This document shows, piece by piece, positions 21,665 through 32,802 of a stretch of 64,000 bases of DNA. Position 1 is the stretch's first letter, and each line of letters opens with the position of its first letter. A program made the position numbers and the translations under genes. This DNA comes from Myxococcota bacterium (GTDB taxonomy: Bacteria > Myxococcota_A > SURF-8): NCBI GenBank assembly GCA_963674735.2, contig CAXXQS010000002.1, positions 1,184,001-1,248,000 of the forward strand. The letters are read 5' to 3'. Below the pieces are notes generated by a model. It saw nothing but the letters and a program-made list of their open reading frames with translations, did not search any database and had not been told where the DNA came from.

Positions 21665-22759
21665 TTATTCGTCGGCACCCTCAAGCTGCTGAAGCTCGGT
21701 TTCGTCCACCTCGCGAAACTGGATCAGTCCCGAGGGAGACCGTTCATCACCGGCTTCGGTCCAGCGGACGCGTTGCTTGTACTGCAACGTGCTGGTAATG
21801 TCGGCACCCGGATTTTCTTCCCAGGCTTCCATCTCGACGAGCTTCTGTTCCACCTTGGCCATGCTGGCCGAATCGCCTTTTTGTTTGTAAAGCTGGTAGA
21901 GAACCTTATAGTTTTCCAGGTCGTGCGGATTCATTTTAATGGCTTTACGCATGGCGGCAATCGAGTTGTTGTAGCGCTTGGCGGCCATTTCGAAAGCCGC
22001 ATATTCTTTGGCGAATTCCGCGCTGGGATTGGTGGCCATCACCTGCTTGAAAATCGGCGTGGCGCGTTGGCCCGCTCCGGAGGCGCAGGCGCTGCGCCAG
22101 GCGTTCATCAGCACCATGCCCTTTTCGTCTTTGCTCAGCTTGCCGGTACCGAGGAATCCCACTACTACGGCGACGTTCAGGGTCAAGGTTTTTTTGCCGT
22201 CATCCTCGCGGTTGAGAACGAAGAACGTATAATTGCCGAGAAGCTTTTCGGGCACTTTGCCGAACTTGCGGACGGCGAATTCTTTCATGGCGCGTTCGTA
22301 GATTTCGCCCTGGCATTTTTCGTGGCGAGCGCGGAAGGTGGGCGCTTTGCAGACATGTTTGAAGTTGGCCGAAACCATATACTTCATTTCGCGCAGGGCC
22401 TCCTGGTCGCGATTGGTCTGGACAGTGGCCACCATGCCGCCGTCTTGCAGGGCTTTCGCGCCGAGCACCTTGGCGTCGATTTCTTCCACCTGTTCGGTTT
22501 TGAACATTTCGTAGGGACCGACCCGCAGATAGGTAAACTCGATGGCGCGCGGTTTGGTCAGTGCGGCCGCTTCCAGAAGCGCTTGGTGAGTGGCGATTTC
22601 CTCGGCGTTTTCGCCCCAGCCGTAACCCTTGGTGAAAACCTGTGGGAAGGGTCTGATTTTTTTGTATTCCACCTTGGGAACACCCGAACAGCCGATGAAA
22701 GCAGTCGCCAGAACGGCAACGAACACAGCCGTCAACGCGGTCATTACGACCTTATACAT
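21665..22759 (-). CDS. Lipoprotein with C-terminal TPR repeats
   Basis: FIGC lipobox; AMRKAIKMNPHD TPR-like helices. Confidence 0.75.
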   Translation of the reverse strand: MYKVVMTALTAVFVAVLATAFIGCSGVPKVEYKKIRPFPQVFTKGYGWGENAEEIATHQALLEAAALTKPRAIEFTYLRVGPYEMFKTEQVEEIDAKVLGAKALQDGGMVATVQTNRDQEALREMKYMVSANFKHVCKAPTFRARHEKCQGEIYERAMKEFAVRKFGKVPEKLLGNYTFFVLNREDDGKKTLTLNVAVVVGFLGTGKLSKDEKGMVLMNAWRSACASGAGQRATPIFKQVMATNPSAEFAKEYAAFEMAAKRYNNSIAAMRKAIKMNPHDLENYKVLYQLYKQKGDSASMAKVEQKLVEMEAWEENPGADITSTLQYKQRVRWTEAGDERSPSGLIQFREVDETELQQLEGADE

Positions 22760-22902
22760 ACCAACCTCCTTTTATCCCCGAAAAGGCATTTCAATATCTG
22801 ATGTAAATGTCTCGATTGTGCACCCTCATTGTATTCTCCCTTATACTCTTTGTCCGACGAGACTGTCAAATATTGTCGTGGCTGTGGGAACGGGAGGGCG
22901 GG

Positions 22903-24360
22903 CTAATCCAACTCGCTGCCGCGCATCAGGCGGCGGATGCGTTCGGGTTCGGCGGAGACGCGCAGGGACTTGTGCCCCGATAGAAGCACCTGGCCGGGAG
23001 GGGCGTTTTTGGCTTTTTTCAGCTTGCGCACGCGGGCGTAGATCACCTCGACCGGTCCGCCGCGCGCTTTGGAGTAATGCGCCGCCAGTGTGGCCGCATC
23101 GATGAGCGTTTCGGGATCGAGTTGTGCGCCGCGTGCCATGGGCACCACCACGTGCGAGCCGGCGTAGCCCGAGGCGTGCAGCCAGAAGTCGTCGCCGCGA
23201 CTGAGGCGGAAGGTGAGCAGGTCGTTGTCCTTGCCGGAGCGGCCCACGCGGATCTCGCGTCCGGTTTCGGAGGTGAAGCGCCGGAACGGTTGTCGTTCCG
23301 ATGGTTTACGGCGTTTGGCCGATATGTTCGAGGCCGCGTCCAAACCGAGTTCGGCCCAGACGGCTTCAAGTTCCTCGGGGTCGTCGCTTTTCATCCGAGT
23401 AGCCAGGTCGTCGAGACGCGCGCCTTCGGCCTCCAGTTCGGCCAGCCGGGCGGCGGCGCTGGACTGGCCGCGCTCGCCTTTTTTGGCTTTGGCGTAGTAG
23501 GCGGCCATGTTGTCGCCGCGACTGCGCGCCGGATCGAGAGTAACGCGTAGCGGCTCGCCACCATCGATCAGGTCGTCGAGGATTACCTCGCGTTGACCCG
23601 GCTTGAGGGCGTGAAAATGCACCTGCAGCAGGTCGCCGATTTTGCGCCACTCGGGGGCGCGCTCGCAGGTGGCCAGGTCGCGTTTGACGGCCTCGATGGC
23701 GCGCCGGTTGCGTTTGCGCAGACGCCGCAGCGTGCGAGCGGCTTGGTGTTGGCGGCTGTCCTGCGATTGCCCGCCCGACAGTGCGCCGTAATGTTGTGCG
23801 GCTCCGGCGTTGGCGGGGAAGGGGGCGTCGTCGCAGGCGTCGAAACGCAATTCCGGTGTTTTGTCATAGGGATGCGCTGCCGGGGGCTGGTAGATCTGTC
23901 CCGTCGTCAGCGGTCGCTTTTGCGAATGATTGGGGCGCAGGCTGCCCAGAATCACGCCGTCGGCATCGAGCAGGAAGAGATTGGCGTGCCGTCCGGTTAA
24001 CTCGGCTACGAGCCGGTAATCGCGAATCGTTTCGTCGTTTCTGGTGCGGAAATCGAGGGTGACGACGCGCTCGCCCGCTTCGCTGGTAAGCGCCATCAGG
24101 CGCGACGGAAGGATGCGGCTGCGATTCAACATGGCGAAAGCGAAGGGCTTGGGCGGGTTGGGCGGACGGCGCTCGATGAGGTGCAGGCGCGAGAGGTCGT
24201 CTTCGGCGCTGATCAGCAGCAGACCGTTTGCGCCCGGGATGCGCAGATCGAGAATCAGTGCGCCGGGGCTCGGCTGGTGGATGCCCTGCACCTGCGCCCC
24301 TTCGAAGTGGGCCAACTCGGCGCACACCGCCGCAATCTCAAGCCAATTCATCGCCGCCAA
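22903..24360 (-). CDS. rqcH: NFACT/FbpA-family ribosome quality control protein RqcH
   Basis: LVAELTGRHANLFL, YYAKAKK, VGRSGKDNDLLT, WLHASGYAGSHVV, AATLAAHYSK. Confidence 0.9.
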   Translation of the reverse strand: MAAMNWLEIAAVCAELAHFEGAQVQGIHQPSPGALILDLRIPGANGLLLISAEDDLSRLHLIERRPPNPPKPFAFAMLNRSRILPSRLMALTSEAGERVVTLDFRTRNDETIRDYRLVAELTGRHANLFLLDADGVILGSLRPNHSQKRPLTTGQIYQPPAAHPYDKTPELRFDACDDAPFPANAGAAQHYGALSGGQSQDSRQHQAARTLRRLRKRNRRAIEAVKRDLATCERAPEWRKIGDLLQVHFHALKPGQREVILDDLIDGGEPLRVTLDPARSRGDNMAAYYAKAKKGERGQSSAAARLAELEAEGARLDDLATRMKSDDPEELEAVWAELGLDAASNISAKRRKPSERQPFRRFTSETGREIRVGRSGKDNDLLTFRLSRGDDFWLHASGYAGSHVVVPMARGAQLDPETLIDAATLAAHYSKARGGPVEVIYARVRKLKKAKNAPPGQVLLSGHKSLRVSAEPERIRRLMRGSELD

Positions 24361-24363
24361 GGG

Positions 24364-25629
24364 TCAAGCTCCTGTTTGAGAGGGGGAGGGTTTCAGCGAA
24401 TCGAGGATGCGTTGATCGAGTTGTTGGGTCAGCGCATCCATATTTTGGCATTTCGGATCGTTCGCCAGTTTGTCAATCACCGCCAGAAGAATTCTACGGC
24501 ACATCGAAAGAGCTTCCATGCGGAAGGTTTCGGGGTTTTCAATGAGTTGTTTCTTGTTTTTCTTTATCTCTTCGATCTTTTTACCGTTGTGAACGATTTC
24601 GCTTCGGATATCGTAAAGCCGTTTTAGGAATTCCATCGTTTTTCCGGGATTATCCCGTTCCAGCAAAGCGGCCCCCCGAAGGCTTAATCGGTATTTCAAT
24701 TCATCATGTGTTCCATGAAGCAGCAAAGATTCGAGTGCAATCGTAATATCGATGACGCTGTCTTCCACGCGAAGCCGAGAATAAGCAAAGGAAAAGCGGC
24801 TGAGTGGGGTTTCAAGTTTATCGCCGATTTTTCCAAGATCCCGGTAGGTTTGGCGGATGCGATTGAGCTTGGTAGTATCTAGTGTGAAATTCGGACGGAG
24901 ATTTGAATACTGTGAAATCATGAATTCTGGAGGAATAATTGAAATGCCTAGGCTTCTACTTTTAGCGCATGTAAAGTAATGTTGGCGTTGAAAAATAATA
25001 GGAAATATCCCCCCAAAAACCTCGTCATTATCTAAGCTTATTCTTATTGAACGCAATAACAGTACAATATCTGGGATCAAATATTTATCGTATATTGCAT
25101 TTTTAGAGCTCGAAAAATCATGAATAATATTGTATTTTGCTTCGGAAAAAGAAAATATCGATAAATGGCCTCCTGAAACGAAATGATCAATTATTCTTTG
25201 CTTTTCGTATTCAGCTAGTTCAGATATGTAAAAATCATCAATAATTTTATATTCTTCGTTCGCAATTCCCTTTAATCCTTGTATTGGAATGATTAGCCGA
25301 TAATCAACATGATCTGATATGAGATATTCTCGATATTCCTTTAATGCTCTGTGAACAATATCTGGATCGAAATTGCTAGTTGGATTTAGTGAGATAATCC
25401 TGTCGACTAAATATTGTGGGAGCGCAGGGAAGCCGTTATTAGCGAATTTCTCTAATTCGGATCGTAAACTTATTGCAGTATTCTGATTGAAAAAATTGGT
25501 ATCTTCTCTTTTCAGCTTTGCACAAAAAAACGATTCTTCATCCGTAATATCCGGCCTATCCCAGGTGTGCGAATACTTTTCGTAGTATTCCCGCACGAAT
25601 TCGATCAATTGGGGGAGCAGCTCGGACAT
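24364..25629 (-). CDS. ApeA-like HEPN domain protein (putative RNase, defence-type)
   Basis: DITIALESLL..ELKYRLSLRGA..LYDIRSEIVHNG with RxxxxH motif; low GC. Confidence 0.8.
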   Translation of the reverse strand: MSELLPQLIEFVREYYEKYSHTWDRPDITDEESFFCAKLKREDTNFFNQNTAISLRSELEKFANNGFPALPQYLVDRIISLNPTSNFDPDIVHRALKEYREYLISDHVDYRLIIPIQGLKGIANEEYKIIDDFYISELAEYEKQRIIDHFVSGGHLSIFSFSEAKYNIIHDFSSSKNAIYDKYLIPDIVLLLRSIRISLDNDEVFGGIFPIIFQRQHYFTCAKSRSLGISIIPPEFMISQYSNLRPNFTLDTTKLNRIRQTYRDLGKIGDKLETPLSRFSFAYSRLRVEDSVIDITIALESLLLHGTHDELKYRLSLRGAALLERDNPGKTMEFLKRLYDIRSEIVHNGKKIEEIKKNKKQLIENPETFRMEALSMCRRILLAVIDKLANDPKCQNMDALTQQLDQRILDSLKPSPSQTGA

Positions 25630-25825
25630 ACCGACCGCCTTTCCGTTGTTTTGTGAGGAACGCTTTTCGATTTCCTCGACATCAAACCCGGCTTGTTTGA
25701 CCTCACCCGCCGGTCTTCGGTTGTCCGCGAAGCGGAGGGGTGAGAGTGCCGAAACCGTGCCATTCCCAAAGCAAACACGGCCCGCCGGTGGGGCGGACCG
25801 CGTGTGTCGAATCCGTGAATATCCT

Positions 25826-27016
<1,191 letters not shown>

Positions 27017-27061
27017 CCTGCGCTCCTTTGAGTTGTGAACGACGGCATAAAAGCCCTGCGG

Positions 27062-28105
27062 TCAGAGGTTCAACACCACCTTGCCGCAGCGGCCGGTTTG
27101 CATAAGCTCGAAGCCTTTTTCGTAGTCGTTGAAGTCGAATTGGTGCGTCACCAGCGGCTCGACGTTCAACCGCCCCGAGCGCAACAGTCCGCGCATCTTG
27201 AACCACGAGTCCCAGATGCGTCGCCCGGTGATGCCGTAAATGGACAGCGACCGGAAGACTACATCCTCGGCGAAGTTGACGGGAATGTCGGAATTGGGGA
27301 TGCCGATCATCACCACTTCGCCGCCTAGTTTGGCCGACTTGATGGCCGCCTGAATCGAGGCCCGCGCCCCGGCGATTTCCAGTACCACGTCGGCCCCGAA
27401 GCCGCCGGTTGCGCCCATGACATACTCCACCGGGTCGTGCTCGGTGACCTTCACCACGTCGTCGGCTCCGGCCTGGCGCGCAAGGCCCAGGCGGTAGTCG
27501 TTGTCGAGTCCGAAGACGATGATACGCGCTGCGCCGATGGCTTTCAGGATGGCCACGGCCAGCAGTCCGACGGGGCCGTCGCCGAAGACGACCACGGTCT
27601 TGGCGACGCAGTCGGTGCGGAAAACGGTGTGGATGGCGTTGCCCAGCGGATCCTGAACCGCTGCCACGTGCGGGGGTAGCTCCGGATCGTTCTTCCAGAT
27701 GTTGCGTTCGGGTAAAACGAAGTATTCGGCGAACACGCCGTCGACGTCGTAACCGATGCCTTTCCAGGAATAGCAGACGTGTCCGAGACCCGTGCGGCAG
27801 TTGTCGCAGCGTCCGCAGACCAGATGGCCTTCGCCCGAGACGTATTCACCCACTTTCGTATGGTGCACTTCCGGACCGAGAGCGGCCACCTCGGCGGCGA
27901 ATTCGTGGCCGATGATGCGCGGTGTCTGCACCCGGTGTTGCGACCAGGCGTCCCAATTGTAAATGTGCAGATCGGTGCCGCAGATGGCGACGCAGCGGTT
28001 TTTCAACAGCACCTCGCCCACGCCCGGCTCGGGGATCGGAACGTCTTGAAATTCCAGCCCTCCGGGTTGCGGATGGGCCTTGACGATGGCTTTCATCATA
28101 CTCAT
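27062..28105 (-). CDS. tdh: L-threonine 3-dehydrogenase
   Basis: ICGTDLHIYNWD, GHEF, Zn-binding Cys cluster; adjacent to kbl; ATG at 28105 after GAGG. Confidence 0.93.
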   Translation of the reverse strand: MSMMKAIVKAHPQPGGLEFQDVPIPEPGVGEVLLKNRCVAICGTDLHIYNWDAWSQHRVQTPRIIGHEFAAEVAALGPEVHHTKVGEYVSGEGHLVCGRCDNCRTGLGHVCYSWKGIGYDVDGVFAEYFVLPERNIWKNDPELPPHVAAVQDPLGNAIHTVFRTDCVAKTVVVFGDGPVGLLAVAILKAIGAARIIVFGLDNDYRLGLARQAGADDVVKVTEHDPVEYVMGATGGFGADVVLEIAGARASIQAAIKSAKLGGEVVMIGIPNSDIPVNFAEDVVFRSLSIYGITGRRIWDSWFKMRGLLRSGRLNVEPLVTHQFDFNDYEKGFELMQTGRCGKVVLNL

Positions 28106-28303
28106 CGATTTACCTCGTTGCGGTGGGAATGCCTTGCGCAAACCCTTCAACATCCCTTGTTTGGCCGATCAGCGGTCGACGCGCCGCCATTCTACCCCAA
28201 GCGCAAAACGAGTCAAACGAAAACGAAGTCCGTTTCGAGTGAGGGAAAGCGATGGTTTTTCGAAAATCGACAGCCTCATTAGTGGGTCCGGGATTGGATC
28301 GGC

Positions 28304-29284
28304 TTAGAGATCGGGCGGGGTTCCGACGCCTTCATTGACCAGTTTCTGTGTGACGATCGCATCTTTCTGTTCGATCAGGTAGTCCACCACTTCGGGGCAT
28401 TTCGTGATGCGTTGGGCACAACCCTTGTTGTTTCCGCCGATTATGGTTTCGTAGTGGGCCAGTGTATGATCGATGCCCTTATGCAGCAGACTCGTCCCGG
28501 CCCCATCCGGAAGCGCCTGCGCCTGTTCTTTGAGTGCGGCGATCATCGACTCGCCCGACGCATAATCGCAGAGCAGATCGATTTCCATGCTGGCAAGCAG
28601 GCGGCACGACTCGAAGTGGTAAAGCTGCGCATCGGAAGGAATGTCGCCGATTCCGCGAACGGCCTGCGCGCAGTTTCCGGCGTAAGCCGCCGCTTCGGAT
28701 TGGTTGTTGAGGCACATGGAGATGAGTTGTCCCAGGCGTTCGTACTCTTTAAAGGCGCGCAAAATGGCTTTGCAGCGCTCCGCCTGCTCCGTCGTCCGAC
28801 CCGCCATGAAATAGCGGAAAAAATAGGCGAGTTCGGCGGTCATGTCCGCGCAGTCGCTTTGAGTGGCCGACTGTTTGTGGATCTCGGTCAGCCAGTCGTC
28901 TATTTTGCGAGACGAGCAGGTGCTGTCGCCGGCTTGCAGGCAGATGCCCAGGCGGCGGATCAAAAGCAGTCGCCGTTCTTTGGGATCGAGCTTGGTTTGG
29001 GCCTCGAACGTGTCGATGCGGACCAATTCCTCTTTGGCCAGCTGATGGCGCAATGAATTCGGCTGCTGACTCCAGAATCCCCGCGGGCGCGGCGCCCGTT
29101 CCCAACTGGTGGATTGGTTCAAAAATTCGGTCAGTTCGCTTGATAATTCCGCATCGGCCTGCTTGGCTGAATCCTTGTCGGACAGCCGGGACGACGGCGA
29201 CTCCAGCCACCATGAAACGGCGGCAGCCAGGAGCAAACCGGCCACAACCACGACTGACAGAATCGCTGCTTGGCGTTTCGTCAT
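28304..29284 (-). CDS. Hypothetical N-terminally anchored helical protein with several Cys
   Basis: N-terminal TM segment; 3 nt after the nitroreductase stop; GGAG RBS. Confidence 0.65.
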   Translation of the reverse strand: MTKRQAAILSVVVVAGLLLAAAVSWWLESPSSRLSDKDSAKQADAELSSELTEFLNQSTSWERAPRPRGFWSQQPNSLRHQLAKEELVRIDTFEAQTKLDPKERRLLLIRRLGICLQAGDSTCSSRKIDDWLTEIHKQSATQSDCADMTAELAYFFRYFMAGRTTEQAERCKAILRAFKEYERLGQLISMCLNNQSEAAAYAGNCAQAVRGIGDIPSDAQLYHFESCRLLASMEIDLLCDYASGESMIAALKEQAQALPDGAGTSLLHKGIDHTLAHYETIIGGNNKGCAQRITKCPEVVDYLIEQKDAIVTQKLVNEGVGTPPDL

Positions 29285-29287
29285 GGC

Positions 29288-29803
29288 TTATCTCTCCGTT
29301 TTGCGGGGTTGACCATAGCGATCGGCGAATACTTTCGTCGGGTCGTACTGGCTGCGCGCGGGCGGGTTTTCGGCGGGATAGCCCAGCGGGATCAACGCCG
29401 CCGGAAGCTTGTCGTCGGGCAGCCCGATGGCGGCGCGGACGCCCCGGATGCGGTCGGCATCTTTCATACCCAGCCACACCGCGCCCAGTCCCATCGTGGT
29501 GGCGGCCAGCAGCAGGTTTTCGATGGCGGCGGCGACGTCCTGTTCCCAGTATTTGTGTGTCGGGTCGGAGGCGATCACCGCGATGGCCACCGGTGCTTCC
29601 GCAATCATTTTCCCGTAGGGATGCGCCTGGGCGACGGCCTGCCGGACGGCGGGATCGCGTAACACGACGAATTCCCAATCCTGTCGGTTGTTGGCCGAAG
29701 GCGCGGCCATGGCGGCTTGTAAAAGATCGGTTACCATTGTATCCGATATGTCCCGCTCGGTGTAGCGCCGGATCGAGCGACGTTTGTAAATCCAGTCCAA
29801 CAT
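29288..29803 (-). CDS. Nitroreductase family protein
   Basis: RRSIRRY, APSANNRQ, ENLLLAATTMGLGAVW, LGYP. Confidence 0.93.
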   Translation of the reverse strand: MLDWIYKRRSIRRYTERDISDTMVTDLLQAAMAAPSANNRQDWEFVVLRDPAVRQAVAQAHPYGKMIAEAPVAIAVIASDPTHKYWEQDVAAAIENLLLAATTMGLGAVWLGMKDADRIRGVRAAIGLPDDKLPAALIPLGYPAENPPARSQYDPTKVFADRYGQPRKTER

Positions 29804-29836
29804 GGGGTGTTCTCCTGCAGAGTCGGGTCGGAGCCG

Positions 29837-31204
29837 TTACTTGTCGATGCGATACTCTTTGATTTTGTACAGCAGGGCGCGGTGACTGATCTCCAGCAGT
29901 TTGGCGGCCGCGGTACGGTTGCCGCCGGTTTTGTCGAGCGCCTTGCGGATCAGGGTGTTTTCGATGGCGTACACCGCTTTCTTGATCGACAGGTTATCTG
30001 CCGAAAGTCCGGCCGGATGTAGCGGAGACAACTCCGTCACTTTGGCCGGAAGGTCGTCACAGTCGATCCGGTCGGCGTCGCACAGCACCATCGCGCGTTC
30101 GATGATGTTTTCGGTCTCGCGCACATTTCCCGGCCAGTGATAGGCCTGGAGCTTGGCGATAGCCTCGGGGGTGGCGCTTTCGATGGAGAGTCCGAGCCGT
30201 TCGTTGTTGCGTTCGATGAAGAAATCCACCAGGCGCGCCACGTCGCCCTGGCGTTCACGCAGCGGCGGGACATGCAGATGGACGACATTGAGGCGATAAT
30301 AAAGGTCTTCGCGGAATCCGCCGGTTTCGATTTCCTTGGCCAGATCCTTCACGGTGGCGGCAATCACACGCAGGTCCACTTTGATATCGCGATTTCCACC
30401 CACCCGGCGTATTTCCTCTTCCTGCAACACGCGCAGCAGCTTGACCTGCATGGACGGGGGCAGCTCGCCGATCTCATCCAGGAACAGGGTGCCGCCGTCG
30501 GCTTCTTCGAGCAGGCCTTTGCGCATGCGATGAGCGTCGGTGAACGCCCCTTTTTCGTGGCCGAACAATTCGCTTTCGATGAGGTTTTCGGGAATGGCAC
30601 CGCAATTGACGGCGACGAAGGGTTTCTCGGCGCGGTCGGAGTTGGAATGGATCGCGCGGGCGAACAGCTCTTTTCCCGTGCCCGAATCGCCCGTGATAAG
30701 CACGGTGGATTTGAAGCCGGATACTTTACGGGCCAGTTTAAACAGCTTTTCCATCTCCGGATCGCCGGAAATGATGCGTGCAAAATCATGGTCCTCGTTG
30801 AGACGGCGCTTGAGGCGGCGGTTCTCACGGCGCAGGCGTTCGCGTTCCTGGGCTTTGCGGATGGTCAAGACCACTTCGTCGGGCCGGAAGGGCTTGTTGA
30901 GGTAGTCGTATGCGCCCTGTTTCATGGCTTCGACCGCATTTTCGATGCTGCCATAGGCGGTGATCATGATGACGGTGGTCTGAATGTCGCGCGCTTTGAG
31001 CGCGTCCAGCAATTCGAACCCACCCATTTTGGGCATATTGATGTCGCACAGGACGATGTCGGCGGGTTGGCTTTCCAGTTGGGCCAAGGCCTGCTCGCCA
31101 TTGGCGGCGGTGCTGCAATCGAATCCGGCTTTGCCGAGTACGACGCTCAGCATGTGCCGAATATTTTCCTCGTCGTCTACGATCAACACGCTATTGATGT
31201 CCAC
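29837..31204 (-). CDS. Sigma54-dependent response regulator (NtrC/AtoC type)
   Basis: REC domain, GDSGTGKE, ESELFGHEKGAFTDA, WPGNVRE, Fis HTH; GTG at 31204 after AAGGAG. Confidence 0.95.
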   Translation of the reverse strand: MDINSVLIVDDEENIRHMLSVVLGKAGFDCSTAANGEQALAQLESQPADIVLCDINMPKMGGFELLDALKARDIQTTVIMITAYGSIENAVEAMKQGAYDYLNKPFRPDEVVLTIRKAQERERLRRENRRLKRRLNEDHDFARIISGDPEMEKLFKLARKVSGFKSTVLITGDSGTGKELFARAIHSNSDRAEKPFVAVNCGAIPENLIESELFGHEKGAFTDAHRMRKGLLEEADGGTLFLDEIGELPPSMQVKLLRVLQEEEIRRVGGNRDIKVDLRVIAATVKDLAKEIETGGFREDLYYRLNVVHLHVPPLRERQGDVARLVDFFIERNNERLGLSIESATPEAIAKLQAYHWPGNVRETENIIERAMVLCDADRIDCDDLPAKVTELSPLHPAGLSADNLSIKKAVYAIENTLIRKALDKTGGNRTAAAKLLEISHRALLYKIKEYRIDK

Positions 31205-31365
31205 CGGCGGCTCCTTGGCTGAGGTCGTTACAGGTGCGCAATGGGCCTCAGTGTACGCCGGAACGGCCGGGATTGGCAAGGGATTGGGCGTGAATTGCGG
31301 TTTCTCCGTTGACTTGGCGCGGAAGCTGCGGTACGACGGAAACGCCAGACTTCAAGGAGGTACCG

Positions 31366-32280
31366 ATGAATCACCAGCCTTATCCCGATTACCTGTTCGA
31401 TGCGGACACGCGGCACCTGATGGTTTTTGCGCATCAGGATGATGAAATCAATTATACCGGCTTGATCCAACGCTTCGGCGCGGAGACGGATTTTATCTGG
31501 GTGACCAACGGCGACGGTCTGGCCCCCTTTGAAAATGCCGATCCGAAAACCTACGCGGAGATGCGCAAAGCGGAAACCGACGCCGTGCTTGAAACCGTCG
31601 GGCGGCCGCTCGAACGGCGCGAGTGTCTGGACTTTTCGGAAATCGAGATCTACGACAACTTCGTGGAGCTGACACTCAACCCCGGCAACAAGCCGCAGGT
31701 GATCGATTTCATGTACCGCATCGGCTGCGAGCTGTACCGGCGCATCAAGGCCTTGAAACCGCAGGTCGTCTGGACGTGCCAGTACCAGAACGGGCACCCC
31801 GAACACGATCTGACCCACATTCTGACGGCCTATGCGCTTCGGCAACTGGAACGGGAAGAGGGCCACAAGGCCGCGCTTTACCAGGTGCCGGAATACGAAT
31901 ACACCATCCTCATTCCCATGCGTTTCCATCCGCTTTACAAAGATCCGGTCCACCGGATCGAGTTGACGGCGGAAGAGATGCGAATCAAGCGTAGCGCCTT
32001 CGATTGTTATCCCAGCCAGAAGAAGTTGTTCGACAAGTTCGAGCGGGTGATCGGTGGGATCAACACCCTCGGGCGTCCTTTCGGTAAGCCCGCCACCACC
32101 GAAGGTTTTCTGGGCCGCGAATTTTTCGGACCGGTTTCCGAAACCCTCGATTACAGCCGATCCTTCCATGTTTTCGAGTGGGCCAATTACATGTTCGATA
32201 AAAACAAGGGCATCAAAGTGCGGCACGACAAGCATCTGGGCGTGATCGCCGCCGAGTTGCGCGAGCGGCCCTTCGCCTGA
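31366..32280 (+). CDS. PIG-L/LmbE-family deacetylase
   Basis: FAHQDDE, VTNGD, GHPEH; AAGGAGG RBS. Confidence 0.85.
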   Translation: MNHQPYPDYLFDADTRHLMVFAHQDDEINYTGLIQRFGAETDFIWVTNGDGLAPFENADPKTYAEMRKAETDAVLETVGRPLERRECLDFSEIEIYDNFVELTLNPGNKPQVIDFMYRIGCELYRRIKALKPQVVWTCQYQNGHPEHDLTHILTAYALRQLEREEGHKAALYQVPEYEYTILIPMRFHPLYKDPVHRIELTAEEMRIKRSAFDCYPSQKKLFDKFERVIGGINTLGRPFGKPATTEGFLGREFFGPVSETLDYSRSFHVFEWANYMFDKNKGIKVRHDKHLGVIAAELRERPFA

Positions 32281-32308
32281 TCAGTCTTGCTGTAATGGTG
32301 CTGAATCG

Positions 32309-32617
32309 TTATTGATTTTGTGCTTCGATGGCGGCCTCGATCGGGTCGATCCAGCAGGCTTCCACAATTGCGCCGAATCCATCGTCGCAGGGGCGGGCGA
32401 GTACGCAATCGACCATGCGGCTGGTGAAGCCGGTGTTTTCGCAGTCGAGGTGGCAGGCGTCCCATTCCTCGTCGGACAACGAGGGGTCGCAGTTGCGATA
32501 TTTATCGCAGAAATCGCGGCAGGCGAAGGGGTCTTCCTCGATGCCGCAGGCGGTCACAACTCCGCTGACCAGCAGCAGAATCAGGGCAAAGACGGTTGGC
32601 CGTTTGGGCGCGGGCAC
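32309..32617 (-). CDS. Small cysteine-rich lipoprotein (CxxxC family)
   Basis: GTG at 32617 after GAGGAG; VTAC lipobox; CRDFCDKYRNC..CHLDC..C..C. Confidence 0.75.
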   Translation of the reverse strand: MPAPKRPTVFALILLLVSGVVTACGIEEDPFACRDFCDKYRNCDPSLSDEEWDACHLDCENTGFTSRMVDCVLARPCDDGFGAIVEACWIDPIEAAIEAQNQ

Positions 32618-32802
32618 GGCGATCTCCTCGTAAGTAAGTTGCTTTACGCTAGCAGGGGAGACTCGCGGCGTCAAGATGTCTCTTTTTGTATTCGAGACTG
32701 TACGTAGGTCGCTGCTCCGGCTGCGGTTCGGGGCGGGGTTCGTTTGCGCCGTTTGGGCGTCCTGTGCTATGCTATGGAATCCTTGCGATATATGGGAGTA
32801 GC

